Of a stretch of 22,289 bases of DNA, positions 21,154 to 22,289 are shown piece by piece (positions within the stretch are counted from its first letter, which is position 1; every line of letters starts with the position of its first letter). Below the pieces are notes generated by a model. The model did not search any database and was not told the DNA's origin. It saw only the letters and a list, made by a program, of their open reading frames with translations. Position numbers and translations under genes: made by a program. The stretch is from Octopus sinensis (Eukaryota): NCBI RefSeq assembly GCF_006345805.1, contig NW_021836995.1:1-22289 (forward strand), in the 5' to 3' direction.

Positions 21154-22054
21154 CTTATATATATATATATGATATATACATATATAATTAAAAATCTATA
21201 TATGGTCATAGATGCATGTGTGTATGTATGTATTGATTTATCTATCTAACAGCACACACACACATACACACACACACACATACACACACACACACATACA
21301 CACACAAGCAAAACGTTTGGCATCACTCGATAAAGAAACTTAATTTATATAGATAATATAAATATAGAATGTCTTATAGTAACTTCTAGAATAGCCACGC
21401 ATATGTATCATGACACTAAGTAAGTATTCCATAAGCTGAGTATTTTATCATCAGTTCTACTCAACAGTCATGCACTTTCTATTCAAAATTGAAACTGGTA
21501 ATTCCCAGTATTCCTTGCCGTGGATTATCATCGACAATTCTCATTTAAAACCGCTAATGGACCTGAACTATAACTGTATTATTTATTCAATCATGGAACT
21601 ATGCAACGCAAACCTATCTTACTCTCATCCTTCCCTCATTTTTGACAAACTGGAATATACCCATATCATCGGCCGGGGACATTCCGTCATTTTCACAGTT
21701 TTATGACTTCTCTATCTCTGATGATGGTATACTCCACTTATGGAATCCTTACTCAATATCATGAACCACACGTTTGACTATTCTAGAAATAGCTGTAAGA
21801 GATTCTATATGTTTATATTCTCCATATAAATTAAATATCTTTTTCGACCGCTGCCAAACGTTTTGCTTTTCCATTTTTACTTTCATCTATATCTACCCAG
21901 TCATGAAGAAACCACTTCCATCCACCTCTGACAGGCAGTCTTAACATTACACTTTCATTTGCAGCTCAAGCAGGAATTGTAGTGGTGACCCAAGCTGAGT
22001 ACTCATAGTTCATACCTATTACATTATGTCAGTTACCGAAAACTCCATATATAT

Positions 22055-22056
<2 letters not shown>

Positions 22057-22119
<63 letters not shown>
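22057..22119. repeat. (AC)n microsatellite
   Basis: Read directly from the sequence. Confidence 0.97.
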
Positions 22120-22121
<2 letters not shown>

Positions 22122-22184
22122 ATATATATATATATATATATACATACAAAGATATACATACATACATACATACATACATACACA

Positions 22185-22289
22185 TCTTTTATACTTTTTC
22201 AACTATTAGACAGGAGCTATGTGGGGCTCATCGTAGTGCTTTTAGTCGAAATTCGATCTCAGTATTTATTTTTTATGAAGCATGGGTAC
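22185..22289 (-). mobile_element. Diverged SINE tail running off the right edge
   Basis: TTTAGTCGAAATTCGATCTCAGTATTTATTTTTTATGAAGC resembles the reverse complement of the tail at 14765-14810 (TTTAGTCGAGCAAATCGCCCCCTGGACTATTATTTTGTAAGC). Confidence 0.5.

Noticed and set aside
21440-21830. Stop-poor region (78-aa plus-strand ORF; minus frame with VDDNP, faintly cadherin-like)
   Set aside because: No convincing conserved motif or splice structure on either strand. A BLASTX search would be needed.

Overview
Repeat-dominated, AT-rich eukaryotic DNA with no host gene I can support. It is most likely an octopus genome, inferred from the OR-type CORE-SINEs and repeat landscape. The left half is a nest of microsatellite-associated retroelements. 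It holds a minus-strand R4/Dong-like LINE fragment (1-~1320), a 5'-truncated Tx1/L1-clade LINE (~1329-2925), a ~1.6 kb degenerate (AAT)n tract grading into (GAA)n, and a near-full-length plus-strand R4/Dong-like LINE (~5590-9471) with RT YMDD, CCHC knuckle and restriction-like endonuclease. That LINE ends in (AAT)n and is followed directly by three head-to-tail copies of an unclassified ~550-bp non-coding element, each preceded by its own (AAT)n block. This is the best candidate for an undescribed system: a non-autonomous partner using (TAA)n-targeted retrotransposition. The right half is microsatellite-rich. It contains tRNA-derived SINE modules, a probable hammerhead-ribozyme remnant, a perfect 79-bp inverted repeat whose arms extend into microsatellites, and a non-autonomous Helitron whose empty site is visible in a paralog within the window. 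Most ORF-track entries (poly-I/Y/N/H-T) are microsatellite artefacts. All alignments and folds were done by eye, and boundaries marked ~ are approximate.
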